Of a stretch of DNA of 64,000 nt, positions 30,869 to 40,917 are shown piece after piece. This DNA comes from Prevotella sp. GTDB lineage: Bacteria > Bacteroidota > Bacteroidia > Bacteroidales > Dysgonomonadaceae. The notes beneath the pieces are model-generated. The model saw nothing but the letters and a program-made list of their open reading frames with translations, had not been told where the DNA came from and ran no database searches. The stretch lies in assembly GCA_031285625.1 (NCBI GenBank), contig JAITVV010000067.1:1-64000 (forward strand), in the 5' to 3' direction. The translations under genes were made by a program, and so were the position numbers. Position 1 is the first letter of the stretch. Each line of letters starts with the position of its first letter.

Positions 30869-32437
30869 TTAATTATATCCAGGGTTTTGATCTTCAGGAG
30901 TCATATCCTCATTGTTCTTTATTTCAGTATCAGGAATAGGATAGCGCATATGGAAGTCCTGTATTGTACCTGATTCTTTAGCCCATTTATTACGCTCTTT
31001 GATAAGTTTCACGAAGTTACCTGTACGTATCAGGTCATAACGGCGCCAACCTTCAAAACAAAGTTCGCGGATACGTTCATCCATGATTTTTTCACGGAAC
31101 TGATCCTGACTCATTGTTCCCCATTTCTTATCTGCCGGAAGTGTTCCACCCCATGCACGGGTACGAATCTTATCATTCACCTGTGCTACAGCAGCGGATG
31201 TCTGACCTAATTCATTCAAACATTCGGCATACAGTAATATAATATCGCCTAGACGTACAAGAGCAAAATTTTTTCCTGAATTCCACATATTTGCAATATT
31301 TCCATTGTTTTTATCTGTACGCGGATCTTCAAATTTCTTGATATGCGGATCCAATTCGTCTGTGATCCAAGCTGTTTTTGAATCATCAGGAGTTATACCA
31401 TCATATGTAAAGTCGTAACGTATGCTTACGTCTTTACGCAAATCACCGTCTTCCCATACTCCGCCTTCGGCTACAGTGCTGTATCCGTATTTAGTTGGCA
31501 ATACTATATCATATCCTGAAAAATGACAGCCCTGTGAAAACCAAGTATCTATAACTCTCGATCCCAGATCAAATTGCCAATAGTTACAGTCGGGCCATAC
31601 ATTATTAAACTGTAGTTCAAATACAGATTCTGAAGAGAATGGCTTATCGTAAGCAAACAGATCTCCAAAATTATCCACTAATTTATAGCGGCTCATCATT
31701 TTTTCAAACGCCTCTTTTGCCAAAGAAAAATCCCTAAGACCTGTTTCTTCCGGTGCACTCATATAGGCCTTTCCTAACATTGCTAATGCAGCGCCCGATG
31801 TTATCTTTTTAGGATCATCCGTCCATTTTTCAGGAAGATTATTGGCTGCAAGTTTAAAGTCATTGATTATATACTCCCACACATCTTTGAGTGGCTGACG
31901 CCTATAACCTAATTCACTTTCACGTTTTTTGTCCCAGATAGGAATTTCTCCCCAAAGCATACTTAGTTCATACATCAGCATTCCACGGAAAAAACTGGCT
32001 TCACCTAATAATGTTTTCACCTTATCCGGATCTTCTGTATTTGCTTCAAGACCTGCAATAGCCAGACCTGTAGTATATACAGGAGTACACTTATTGTCCC
32101 ACAACGAAGCTATTTCGCCTGCAGTAGATGATAACAATCCGTTATAGTAATCCAATCCCGGCTGTGTTGGCGCTTCTTTAATTTGCCATGTCCCCTGCTG
32201 GCTTTCATCCGTACCGAAGGCAGACGTTGTAATTCCGTTCCGTCCCTGCTTTGTATTACGGTATTTTACATACATACCTTTAACTAACAATTCAAGGCGG
32301 CCGAGGTCGGCCATCACTTCTTCTTCAGACATGTCCCCCTTTGATACCTGATCCAAATTGTCGGAACAGGAAGTAAAGTTCAGTGCGAGAGCAAATATTG
32401 TGATATATGCTACAATTTTATATTTTATATTTTTCAT
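30869..32437 (-). CDS. SusD/RagB-family lipoprotein
   Basis: FTSC lipobox; GEASFFRG, RLGDIILLYAE, ERIRELCFEGWR, QNPGY. Confidence 0.95.
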   Translation of the reverse strand: MKNIKYKIVAYITIFALALNFTSCSDNLDQVSKGDMSEEEVMADLGRLELLVKGMYVKYRNTKQGRNGITTSAFGTDESQQGTWQIKEAPTQPGLDYYNGLLSSTAGEIASLWDNKCTPVYTTGLAIAGLEANTEDPDKVKTLLGEASFFRGMLMYELSMLWGEIPIWDKKRESELGYRRQPLKDVWEYIINDFKLAANNLPEKWTDDPKKITSGAALAMLGKAYMSAPEETGLRDFSLAKEAFEKMMSRYKLVDNFGDLFAYDKPFSSESVFELQFNNVWPDCNYWQFDLGSRVIDTWFSQGCHFSGYDIVLPTKYGYSTVAEGGVWEDGDLRKDVSIRYDFTYDGITPDDSKTAWITDELDPHIKKFEDPRTDKNNGNIANMWNSGKNFALVRLGDIILLYAECLNELGQTSAAVAQVNDKIRTRAWGGTLPADKKWGTMSQDQFREKIMDERIRELCFEGWRRYDLIRTGNFVKLIKERNKWAKESGTIQDFHMRYPIPDTEIKNNEDMTPEDQNPGYN

Positions 32438-32473
32438 TGTGATTGTTTTAAATAATTAATATTAACCTATAAG

Positions 32474-35400
32474 TTAGAAGCTTACATTTAATCCAAATAC
32501 ATACATCCTTGTTGGTGGATACCAGTCACCAGTTTCAGGGTCATAGCCTTTATAACTAGTCGCACAGAAAAGGTTAGATCCGGTTGCATATACACGCAGA
32601 TTACTTAATTTCAATCTGCTCGCAAGATTGCTAGGAAAGTTATAGGCTAATGTTAATGTAGATAATCTAAGATAAGAAGCATTCTGCACTGCAAAATCCG
32701 TATGACCAACATTAAACCTATTATATTGAGCATCGGCTATCGGACGAGGGAGCTTTGCATTTGTATTCGTTTCTGACCATCTATCAAGAAGATCCATTGA
32801 AGCTATGCTTGATCCTGTACTTGAGATCAGACCTTCGTAATAAGGGCTTAACTTTTTAGCACCATATGAGTAGCTGAATACTGCATTTAATGAAATACCT
32901 TTCCAGCTGAAGTCTGTAGCGAATCCTCCGTAGAACTTCGGATCGGTAGAACCTACAACTACACGGTCATCCTCATCTATCACCTTATCTCCATTGGCAT
33001 CTACCGGATATAGATCGCCCGGATTTACCTGACGCCCATTCCAGTTCATTCCCATTTGATTAAATAGCGCTACATCTTCTGCTGTAGCAATACCCCCGTT
33101 CTTCCATACATAAATTGTATTTCTGGATTCACCTACAAAAAGGTTTCCTTCTTTTGCAGTATTGTTTCCATCCTTCTTATAAATTACAGTATTACCATCC
33201 ATCAGTTTGGTCACTTCATTTTTATCGAAAGATAAGTTTGCTGATACATTCCATGCAAAATCCTTAGTTTCAATAATGTTTGCACCCAAAGAGAATTCCA
33301 TACCTTTGTTTTCGATAGCGCCAATATTTACAAATGCTTCTTTAAATCCTGATGAAGTAGACAAAGGACGTTTCATCAACAAGTCTTTATTCTTGATAAT
33401 AAATCCATCAACCGAAAAACGAATTTTATTATTCAGGAATGCCATATCAATACCGGCATTAAATTGCTTTTGTTTTTCCCATTTTATATCCTTCGTACCA
33501 CGACGGTCAGGAGCAACAATAGAGCCTTCTCCATTATTCACACTTGATGTATAAAGACTAAGGAAAGCATAATCATCGATATTCTGATTACCTGCAATAC
33601 CATACCCAAGACGCAATTTTAACTGATCAAATATTCTTTGATCTTTCATAAATGACTCCTGATTGACATTCCATGCTCCCGAAAATGAAGGGAAAAGCCC
33701 CCAACGGTGTCCATCTGCAAATCTTGAAGAACCATCGTAACGTGCAGTTGCTGTCAGATAATATCTGTTATCATAGTTATAATTAGCACGTGCAATATAA
33801 GACATCATTGCTGATGTAACAAAGCCCGACCCCATTTCACGTTCATCTTTCTTATATGATGCACCAATATTATGATAATGATAGAAATCATCGGCAAAGC
33901 CTTTAGCAGTCAGTTCAGTCCAGTTACGGTCGGTACGTGTGCTACTTGTTCCTAATAGTCCGTTAATATTATGCTTTCCTATAGAAGTTTCGTAAGAAAC
34001 AGTGTTATCCCATTGCCATACAGTACGTGAATCGCGTTTATGTTTTGCCTCACCATCCTGAGAATAACGGATCGATTCATAGATATCTTTCGGAGTATAC
34101 TTAAATTCTTTTTCTTCTACATAATCGACAGATAATGATGTACGGATATTCAAACCTTTGATAGGATTGATATTCAAATAATTACTTGTCAACACCCTAT
34201 TTCTTGTGCGATTTTGGTCCACCTTTAGTGAACGGATAGGATTGAAATTATTCTGATCAAATACTCCTTTATAGTCTAGTGTTGGAACTTCTTTATCAAT
34301 CGGGAACATTACATTTGCATTACGTGCTCTGTTCAATACCCCATCGTCCACTATCTGGTCTTTTATCCGTGTAAAAGAAGTATTAGTACCTACTTTCAAC
34401 CATGATTTGATCTGTTGTTCAGCGTTTATGCGTCCCGAATATTTTTTCTGGCCAGATGTTTTCATCAAACCTTTCAGATCAGAATAATTAAAGCTCATAT
34501 AATATGAGTTCTTATCAGAACCACCTGTGAAGCTTAAAGTATGATTTTGTTGAGTTCCTGTTCTTGTAACTTCATCCAACCAATTATAACTCTGATTGTT
34601 ATTATAAGCATCGAACTCATAATCAGCAAAGGCCAGATTTGAGCCCATAACCTTATTCTTATAAAAAGCATCTATATCAGACTGAGTTGCATTAGGGTTA
34701 TCAGCCTTATAGCCATTCATATAAGAATCCCGTCTAAGTTCAAACAAGTCTTTAGTCTTCATAGTCTTTGGTACTTTAGCAAATTCCTGTACACCAAACC
34801 ATCCATCATAAGTCACACGGCCTTCTCCAGCCTTTCCTTTTTTGGTAGTGATCAACACAACACCATTCGCACCACGCGAACCATATAGTGCTGTAGCTGA
34901 TGCATCTTTCAATATTTCGATAGATGCTACATCATTCAAGTTAATAGAGTTAAAACCTGAAGCGAAGTTATCCATAACCAAACCATCAACTACATAAATT
35001 GGATCGGAAGATGTATTAATGGTATTCGTTCCACGGATCTTGATTGTCGCATCGTCACCTGGGCGCGTTCCATTAGAGATGAATACCCCTGCAACACGTC
35101 CCTGTATAGCCTGGTTGATGGTAGTTACTGGTTTTTCTTCCAGTACCTTTCCGCTCACACTACCTACTGCTCCTGTCAAATCACTTTTCTTGAAAGCTGC
35201 TCCGACTACCACAATTTCATCAAATTGGAAGTCTTGTGAAACCATAGTAAAGTTGAGAACTTCATTAGTTACAGTAATTTCTTTAGATTCATATCCTAAA
35301 AAAGAAGCTGTTAAAACAGCATTCCGGGAAGCAGGTATGGAATATCTACCATTCTCGTCGGAGAATGTTCCTGTTGTTGTGCCTTTCACAGCTACTGATA

Positions 35401-35545
35401 CACCAATTATAGGTTCTTTTGTCTGGGAATCTGTTATAACCCCTGAAACGGTTATATTCTGGGCAAAAACCCCTCCAGACACAATAAACAGCATTAATAT
35501 AAATGCCATTTTCAGCTTGGAATTAATGTTAATACGCATGGTCAT
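32474..35545 (-). CDS. SusC-like TonB-dependent transporter (no STN domain)
   Basis: ILKDASATALYGSRGANGVVLITTK; RYDGSSRF; C-terminal GLNVSF. Confidence 0.95.
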   Translation of the reverse strand: MTMRININSKLKMAFILMLFIVSGGVFAQNITVSGVITDSQTKEPIIGVSVAVKGTTTGTFSDENGRYSIPASRNAVLTASFLGYESKEITVTNEVLNFTMVSQDFQFDEIVVVGAAFKKSDLTGAVGSVSGKVLEEKPVTTINQAIQGRVAGVFISNGTRPGDDATIKIRGTNTINTSSDPIYVVDGLVMDNFASGFNSINLNDVASIEILKDASATALYGSRGANGVVLITTKKGKAGEGRVTYDGWFGVQEFAKVPKTMKTKDLFELRRDSYMNGYKADNPNATQSDIDAFYKNKVMGSNLAFADYEFDAYNNNQSYNWLDEVTRTGTQQNHTLSFTGGSDKNSYYMSFNYSDLKGLMKTSGQKKYSGRINAEQQIKSWLKVGTNTSFTRIKDQIVDDGVLNRARNANVMFPIDKEVPTLDYKGVFDQNNFNPIRSLKVDQNRTRNRVLTSNYLNINPIKGLNIRTSLSVDYVEEKEFKYTPKDIYESIRYSQDGEAKHKRDSRTVWQWDNTVSYETSIGKHNINGLLGTSSTRTDRNWTELTAKGFADDFYHYHNIGASYKKDEREMGSGFVTSAMMSYIARANYNYDNRYYLTATARYDGSSRFADGHRWGLFPSFSGAWNVNQESFMKDQRIFDQLKLRLGYGIAGNQNIDDYAFLSLYTSSVNNGEGSIVAPDRRGTKDIKWEKQKQFNAGIDMAFLNNKIRFSVDGFIIKNKDLLMKRPLSTSSGFKEAFVNIGAIENKGMEFSLGANIIETKDFAWNVSANLSFDKNEVTKLMDGNTVIYKKDGNNTAKEGNLFVGESRNTIYVWKNGGIATAEDVALFNQMGMNWNGRQVNPGDLYPVDANGDKVIDEDDRVVVGSTDPKFYGGFATDFSWKGISLNAVFSYSYGAKKLSPYYEGLISSTGSSIASMDLLDRWSETNTNAKLPRPIADAQYNRFNVGHTDFAVQNASYLRLSTLTLAYNFPSNLASRLKLSNLRVYATGSNLFCATSYKGYDPETGDWYPPTRMYVFGLNVSF

Positions 35546-35669
35546 AAATTAGTTTTTAAGATTAAAGATTTATGGTAATTGATTGTCTGTCTACAAAATC
35601 TCAATTCAAAGACTATTTCGCTTTTTTATGTGAGTTGTATTCTTATTGCATTAGATATCATAGATGATT

Positions 35670-35740
35670 CGAATGTAAAATTAGATTTTTGATATTCATA
35701 AAAGATGTAAGTTTCTTTTGAAAAAATGTAAAATATTACT
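35670..35740 (-). promoter_or_regulatory. susC promoter: -7 box plus direct-repeat operator
   Basis: Minus-strand TACATTCG (35670-35677); ATGTAA repeats at 35705 and 35726, 21 bp apart; 32/40 identical to 49857-49896. Confidence 0.7.
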
Positions 35741-35912
35741 ATTTATAATTTTATGCTTTCCAGAGTCTAGCAACCACGAAAGTAGCTTTATTCTTTAAAA
35801 CAAAGACCCTACACTCTCTCAAAAAATAAAATATATGTAGTATATATGTATTATTCGATAGATTTAGGACATTTGTTTTATTTATTGCGACGGTTGTGAT
35901 TTTCATTTTATG

Positions 35913-35920
35913 TATATTTG
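35913..35920 (+). promoter_or_regulatory. Candidate -7 box for the HTCS gene
   Basis: TATATTTG 32 bp upstream of ATG 35953. Confidence 0.5.
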
Positions 35921-35952
35921 TTATCACACTATCTTATTTTATTAAAGCATAT

Positions 35953-38900
35953 ATGAATCGCACAATTTTAATTATTTTTATCATATGCCTTATCTCCTTT
36001 GATATCTCAGCTGATAATTATTATTTCTCAAAAATTGATGGAAATTTAGGATTATCTCAAAATAATGTCAAGTCCATCTATCAGGATAGCTACGGATTTA
36101 TGTGGTTCGGGACACGCAACAGGCTGAATCGTTACGATGGAGCATCTCTTAAAGTTTTTGACTGCTATGATTACAATGCACAAAAGGGTAATAACAACAT
36201 TAGTGCAATATTTGAAAGTCCTGATAAGAAGTTATGGCTGGGAACAGACAAAGGTATCTTTATATTTGACCCTATTACCGAAAAATTTAATTCATTTGAT
36301 ATAAAAACAATACATGGAACAACCATAGTAGAGTGGGTTGCTGATATTCAACAAGATCAGAATAATATATGGATTGTTGTACCCAACCAGGGAGTATTCA
36401 GATATGATATGGTTGCTAATAAACTACATATGTATACGGTAGTAAAAGATTTACGCCCCAGTATCAGTAATCCGCAATGTATTGCCATTGAGAAAAACGG
36501 ACGTGTATGGATCGGTTCAAACGGATCTGGTATATTCTTATATAATAGTTCTAATGACACTTTCACTCAATATTTGGGCAATACCGATGGTAAACTCTCC
36601 CTGGAAGGAAAAAATATTTACACAATATGTCATGATAATGACTATCTATTAGTTGGTATACACGAAGAAAAGTTACTCAAACTGGACAAAAGGCGTAATA
36701 TCCTGAAAGATATGAATACGCCACAGATAGAAAACAAAATTATCAGGCATATCACAAAGCTTAATGACAGCGAGGTATGGGTAGCGACTCAATCGGGGCT
36801 ATATATTATTAACGAAGAGCTTCAAACAATAGACCATGTAAAGGAAGACCCTCTAAATACCCACTCTTTGTCTGACAATTTCATTGAAAAGATATATCAG
36901 GACAAAGAAGGTGGAATATGGATAGGGACAAACTTTAGCGGAGTAAATTATCTTCCGAACAGAAATAACAAATTTGAAAAGTATTTTCCTGTGAGTGAAA
37001 AAGGCTCTATCAATTCGAAACGAATCAGGGAAATGAAAGAAGATAAAAATGGTAATATATGGATAGGGACGGAAGATGCAGGAATATCTGTTTATAATCC
37101 CGTGTCACATAATTTTAATGCAATAAACAACTCCTTTTACAGACAAACTCTGGCATTACTGATACAAGATTCGAAAATATGGGTAGGTTATTTTAAAAAC
37201 GGACTGGATATAATACAGTCTCCTTCAAATACAGTCCGACACTACTCTGCCTCGGAAATGGGATTGAATGAAGAAAGTATATTTGCATTATGCGAAGACC
37301 GCTATGGGAAAATATGGCTGGGAAACGCATGGGGAGTATTTGTAGCTGAAAAAGATATGATAAAATTTAAACGTCTCGATATATTTGGCCTTTCTTACAT
37401 ATATGATATAATAGAAGATTCTGAAGGATACATATGGGTAGCTACAATGGGCAACGGAGTATTTCAGTATGACCAGAAACAGGATATCCTTACTCATCAT
37501 ACTGCTGAAGGAGGAAACAGCTTAAGTTCGAATGCTGTAAGTAGCATAACAGAAGACCACCTGGGGCAAATATGGTTCTCTACAGATCGCGGGGGAATAT
37601 GTGTATACAATAAGAAACTAAAGAAGTTTGAAAGTTTCTCTATAAAAGATGGCTTACCAGACGATGTAGCCTACAAGATACTGGAAGATAAAGAGCATAA
37701 TCTATGGTTTGGAACGAATCAGGGATTAGTGAAGTTTAACCCCGAGAACAAACAAGTAAGAGTTTTCACCCAGAATGAAGGGCTCCTATCAAACCAGTTT
37801 AACTATAAATCAGGACTTATTACCAGTTCAGGGAAGCTTTACTTTGGATGCATGGAAGGTATGATAGCTTTTAAACCTGAGGAATTTAAAGAAAATAAGT
37901 TCATGCCTCCTGTATACATTACAAAACTTTCCATTTTTAATAAAGAAATAAGCCCTAATACTGCGGATTCACCAATAAAGAAAAGCATAGAACATACTGA
38001 TAAAATTACACTGCCTCATTATCAATCAAATATTACTCTCGACTTTATCTCCCTCAGCTATACTGCACCACAAGCAAACATGTATGCTTACAAAATGGAC
38101 AATATAGATATGGATTGGATATACACACAAAACAATCATAGTGCTTCTTATTCAAAGCTTCCTCCCGGAAAATATATTTTCAGGGTAAAAGGTACAAATA
38201 ATGATGGGCTATGGAATGAGAACGGAGCATCTCTGGAAATAATTATACTACCCCCATGGTGGGCATCTAATTCTGCATATCTCATTTATTTCGCTGTGTT
38301 CTTCACCATATTATACTATTCCCTACGGGTTTCATTAAAGAAGTATAAAAAACGCAATGAAGAACAACAGAAATTATTTGAAATAGAAAAAGAACGGGAA
38401 CTTTATGAAGCTAAAGTTGATTTCTTCACTGACATTGCACATGAGATACGAACACCCGTAACTCTCATCAGCGGACCTCTGGAATCAATCATAGAAATGG
38501 ACCTTCCGAATGAAAATGTAAAACGAAATTTATCATTTATAAAACAAAATACAAATAGCTTACTTGAACTAATAAATCAATTACTTGACTTCAGAAAAGT
38601 AGATAGCCACAAATTCTTGTTAAGTTTCAGAAGTACTGATATAAACTTATTGCTAAAGGAGATAATTGACAGATTTCAGCCACAGGCAAATGCTTCTAAG
38701 AAAATATTGAAATTACAATTCCTCAATGAAGAATCTACCTCTGCAATTGTTGATAGGGAAGGTATACTCAAAATAGTAACCAATTTATTATCAAATGCAA
38801 TAAAATATTCCAAGCATGAAATAGAAGTATCACTTATCCACGATGAAACATATTTCACTATACAAGTTTCGAATGACGGAGAATCAATACCAGACGAATT

Positions 38901-39921
38901 GAAAGAAAAAATATTCGAACCTTTTTTTCAGGTAAAGGCATTAAACAGGGAAACAACCGGTTCGGGTATAGGTTTATCTTTGGCTCGCTCCTTAGCAGAA
39001 CTTCACGAAGGATATTTATTTTATACATCTACATCAGATAAAAATAATTTCATTCTAAAAATTCCGTTATCTCAGGAATCTATAAATAAACAGGAGGAGA
39101 TTCCTTCTACATCCGACTATATAGTGGAGCAAGAAGAAACATTAACAAGAAAACGACAAAACGAATCGGTATTAGTAGTGGAAGACAACCCTGATATGCT
39201 AAGTTTTATTGCTGGCAAGCTAGATGAAACATATACTGTAGAGCGAGCAAAAAATGGTATTGAAGCACAGAAAATACTCCAATTGAAAAGTATTGACATT
39301 GTGGTGAGTGATATTATGATGCCTGAAATGGATGGATTCGAATTATGTGAATTTATAAAGTCTGATATAGAATACAGTCATATAATCGTAATCTTACTAA
39401 CGGCAAAAAATGATTTGAACAGCAAAATCAAAGGGCTAGAAATAGGAGCAGATGCATATGTAGAAAAGCCTTTCTCTTTCCAGTATCTACAGACTCTCTT
39501 AACTTCGCTAATGAATAACAGAAGGCGGGAAATAGAACTATTCTTAAGAAAGCCATTTTTGCCTATTCAACAATCGAATATGAATAAGGCAGATGAACAG
39601 TTCTTGAATAAAATAATAGAAATAATAAACGAAAATATTACTGATTCTAATTTTAATGTAGAAAGTTTAGCGGATCTAATACATATGAGCCGTTCAAGTC
39701 TTCACCGTAAGCTAAAGTCAACAATAGACACCACACCTACCGATTTCATAAGGCTGGTGCGTTTACAAGAAGCAGCAAAATTGATACAGGAAGGAAAATA
39801 CAGGATAAATGAAATCTGCTATTTGGTAGGAATTAATTCACCATCCTATTTTATTAAGTTATTCCAGAGCCAGTATGGAATGACACCTAAAGAATTTGAA
39901 AAGCAACAGAAAGGAAAATAA
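35953..39921 (+). CDS. Hybrid two-component system (beta-propeller sensor, Y_Y_Y, HisKA, HATPase, receiver, AraC HTH)
   Basis: QDSYGFMWFGT-type repeats; IAHEIRTP; NLLSNAIKY; GSGIGL; SDIMMPEMDG; C-terminal AraC HTH; start moved from GTG 35896 to ATG 35953. Confidence 0.95.
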   Translation: MNRTILIIFIICLISFDISADNYYFSKIDGNLGLSQNNVKSIYQDSYGFMWFGTRNRLNRYDGASLKVFDCYDYNAQKGNNNISAIFESPDKKLWLGTDKGIFIFDPITEKFNSFDIKTIHGTTIVEWVADIQQDQNNIWIVVPNQGVFRYDMVANKLHMYTVVKDLRPSISNPQCIAIEKNGRVWIGSNGSGIFLYNSSNDTFTQYLGNTDGKLSLEGKNIYTICHDNDYLLVGIHEEKLLKLDKRRNILKDMNTPQIENKIIRHITKLNDSEVWVATQSGLYIINEELQTIDHVKEDPLNTHSLSDNFIEKIYQDKEGGIWIGTNFSGVNYLPNRNNKFEKYFPVSEKGSINSKRIREMKEDKNGNIWIGTEDAGISVYNPVSHNFNAINNSFYRQTLALLIQDSKIWVGYFKNGLDIIQSPSNTVRHYSASEMGLNEESIFALCEDRYGKIWLGNAWGVFVAEKDMIKFKRLDIFGLSYIYDIIEDSEGYIWVATMGNGVFQYDQKQDILTHHTAEGGNSLSSNAVSSITEDHLGQIWFSTDRGGICVYNKKLKKFESFSIKDGLPDDVAYKILEDKEHNLWFGTNQGLVKFNPENKQVRVFTQNEGLLSNQFNYKSGLITSSGKLYFGCMEGMIAFKPEEFKENKFMPPVYITKLSIFNKEISPNTADSPIKKSIEHTDKITLPHYQSNITLDFISLSYTAPQANMYAYKMDNIDMDWIYTQNNHSASYSKLPPGKYIFRVKGTNNDGLWNENGASLEIIILPPWWASNSAYLIYFAVFFTILYYSLRVSLKKYKKRNEEQQKLFEIEKERELYEAKVDFFTDIAHEIRTPVTLISGPLESIIEMDLPNENVKRNLSFIKQNTNSLLELINQLLDFRKVDSHKFLLSFRSTDINLLLKEIIDRFQPQANASKKILKLQFLNEESTSAIVDREGILKIVTNLLSNAIKYSKHEIEVSLIHDETYFTIQVSNDGESIPDELKEKIFEPFFQVKALNRETTGSGIGLSLARSLAELHEGYLFYTSTSDKNNFILKIPLSQESINKQEEIPSTSDYIVEQEETLTRKRQNESVLVVEDNPDMLSFIAGKLDETYTVERAKNGIEAQKILQLKSIDIVVSDIMMPEMDGFELCEFIKSDIEYSHIIVILLTAKNDLNSKIKGLEIGADAYVEKPFSFQYLQTLLTSLMNNRRREIELFLRKPFLPIQQSNMNKADEQFLNKIIEIINENITDSNFNVESLADLIHMSRSSLHRKLKSTIDTTPTDFIRLVRLQEAAKLIQEGKYRINEICYLVGINSPSYFIKLFQSQYGMTPKEFEKQQKGK

Positions 39922-40917
39922 CTATCGGAAAGAATAGGTAATTACATCCGTTTTCTCCTCTTTGGGCTCGAGTATATTTGATGCGAAATCAGTATGATTC
40001 ATAGCATCAGGATAATATTGAGCTTCCAGGCATAGCCCTTGGAAAGGTAGAAATTGTCCGGTTAAGAAATCTCCGGTATAAAACAGGATGCCAGGCATAG
40101 TAGAATAAACATCCAATACTCTGCCAGAAGTAATATCTTTTACCGAACCAAGAACCTCCTTATTATCTTGTCTGATAAAATAAGCATTATATCCTTCCAG
40201 ATTATCTTTTTTCAGCAATGACATCTCATTTACTGTTCTATAATCACTAAAATCAAAAGCAGTGTTCTTTATATAGAGTATGCGCCCTGTAGGTAAAAAT
40301 TCATTATCAGTTTCCAGATACTTTTCAGCATTTACTTTCAGTTGATTATCAAGAATAGTATTTTTCGTACTGGAAAGATTAAAATAAGCATGATTTGTGA
40401 AATTAACAGATGTTCTCTTATCTGATAAGGCTTTATATTCAATCTGTAAATCATTAGTATCGGAAAAAGAGTAGGTTACCCGGAGTTTCAAGTTTCCGGG
40501 GAACCCACCTTCTCCATCCGGACTTTCGGTGTAGAAAGTCACACTTTCATTGTTGATATAGTAGTTGAATATTTTCTTATTTAGTCCATTAAATCCTCCA
40601 TGATTGGAGTTCTTACCGTCGTTTTTATCCAAATGATATACTATGCTATCCATTGAGAAACAGGCATTGGATATACGGTTAGAAACTCGTCCAATAGTAG
40701 CACCCAGATAAAAAGTATCTGAAAGATAGTCTTCTAATTTATTATATCGTAAAACAACATTAGAAAGCACTCCTTTCTTATCAGGAACAACAATAGATAC
40801 AACACTCGCACCTATATTTGTGACCTCAGCATATGCACCCGAAGAATTAGAAATGCGGAATAATGCAATCTCTTGTCCTCCGCGAAAAATGCTTTCCTGT
40901 TTTACTATATTTACCAT
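39922..40917 (-). CDS. galM: Aldose 1-epimerase (galactose mutarotase)
   Basis: GRVSNRI, HGG, GFPGNL, TNHAYFNL, CLEAQ. Confidence 0.9.
   Translation of the reverse strand: MVNIVKQESIFRGGQEIALFRISNSSGAYAEVTNIGASVVSIVVPDKKGVLSNVVLRYNKLEDYLSDTFYLGATIGRVSNRISNACFSMDSIVYHLDKNDGKNSNHGGFNGLNKKIFNYYINNESVTFYTESPDGEGGFPGNLKLRVTYSFSDTNDLQIEYKALSDKRTSVNFTNHAYFNLSSTKNTILDNQLKVNAEKYLETDNEFLPTGRILYIKNTAFDFSDYRTVNEMSLLKKDNLEGYNAYFIRQDNKEVLGSVKDITSGRVLDVYSTMPGILFYTGDFLTGQFLPFQGLCLEAQYYPDAMNHTDFASNILEPKEEKTDVITYSFR

Noticed and set aside
13721-35545. Plant galactomannan PUL interpretation
   Set aside because: No recognisable GH26/GH5 endo-mannanase or GH130, and GH95 is unexplained; disfavoured but not excluded
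35896-35952. GTG-start extension of the HTCS
   Set aside because: Contains the likely -7 promoter box; the signal-like sequence starts at ATG 35953
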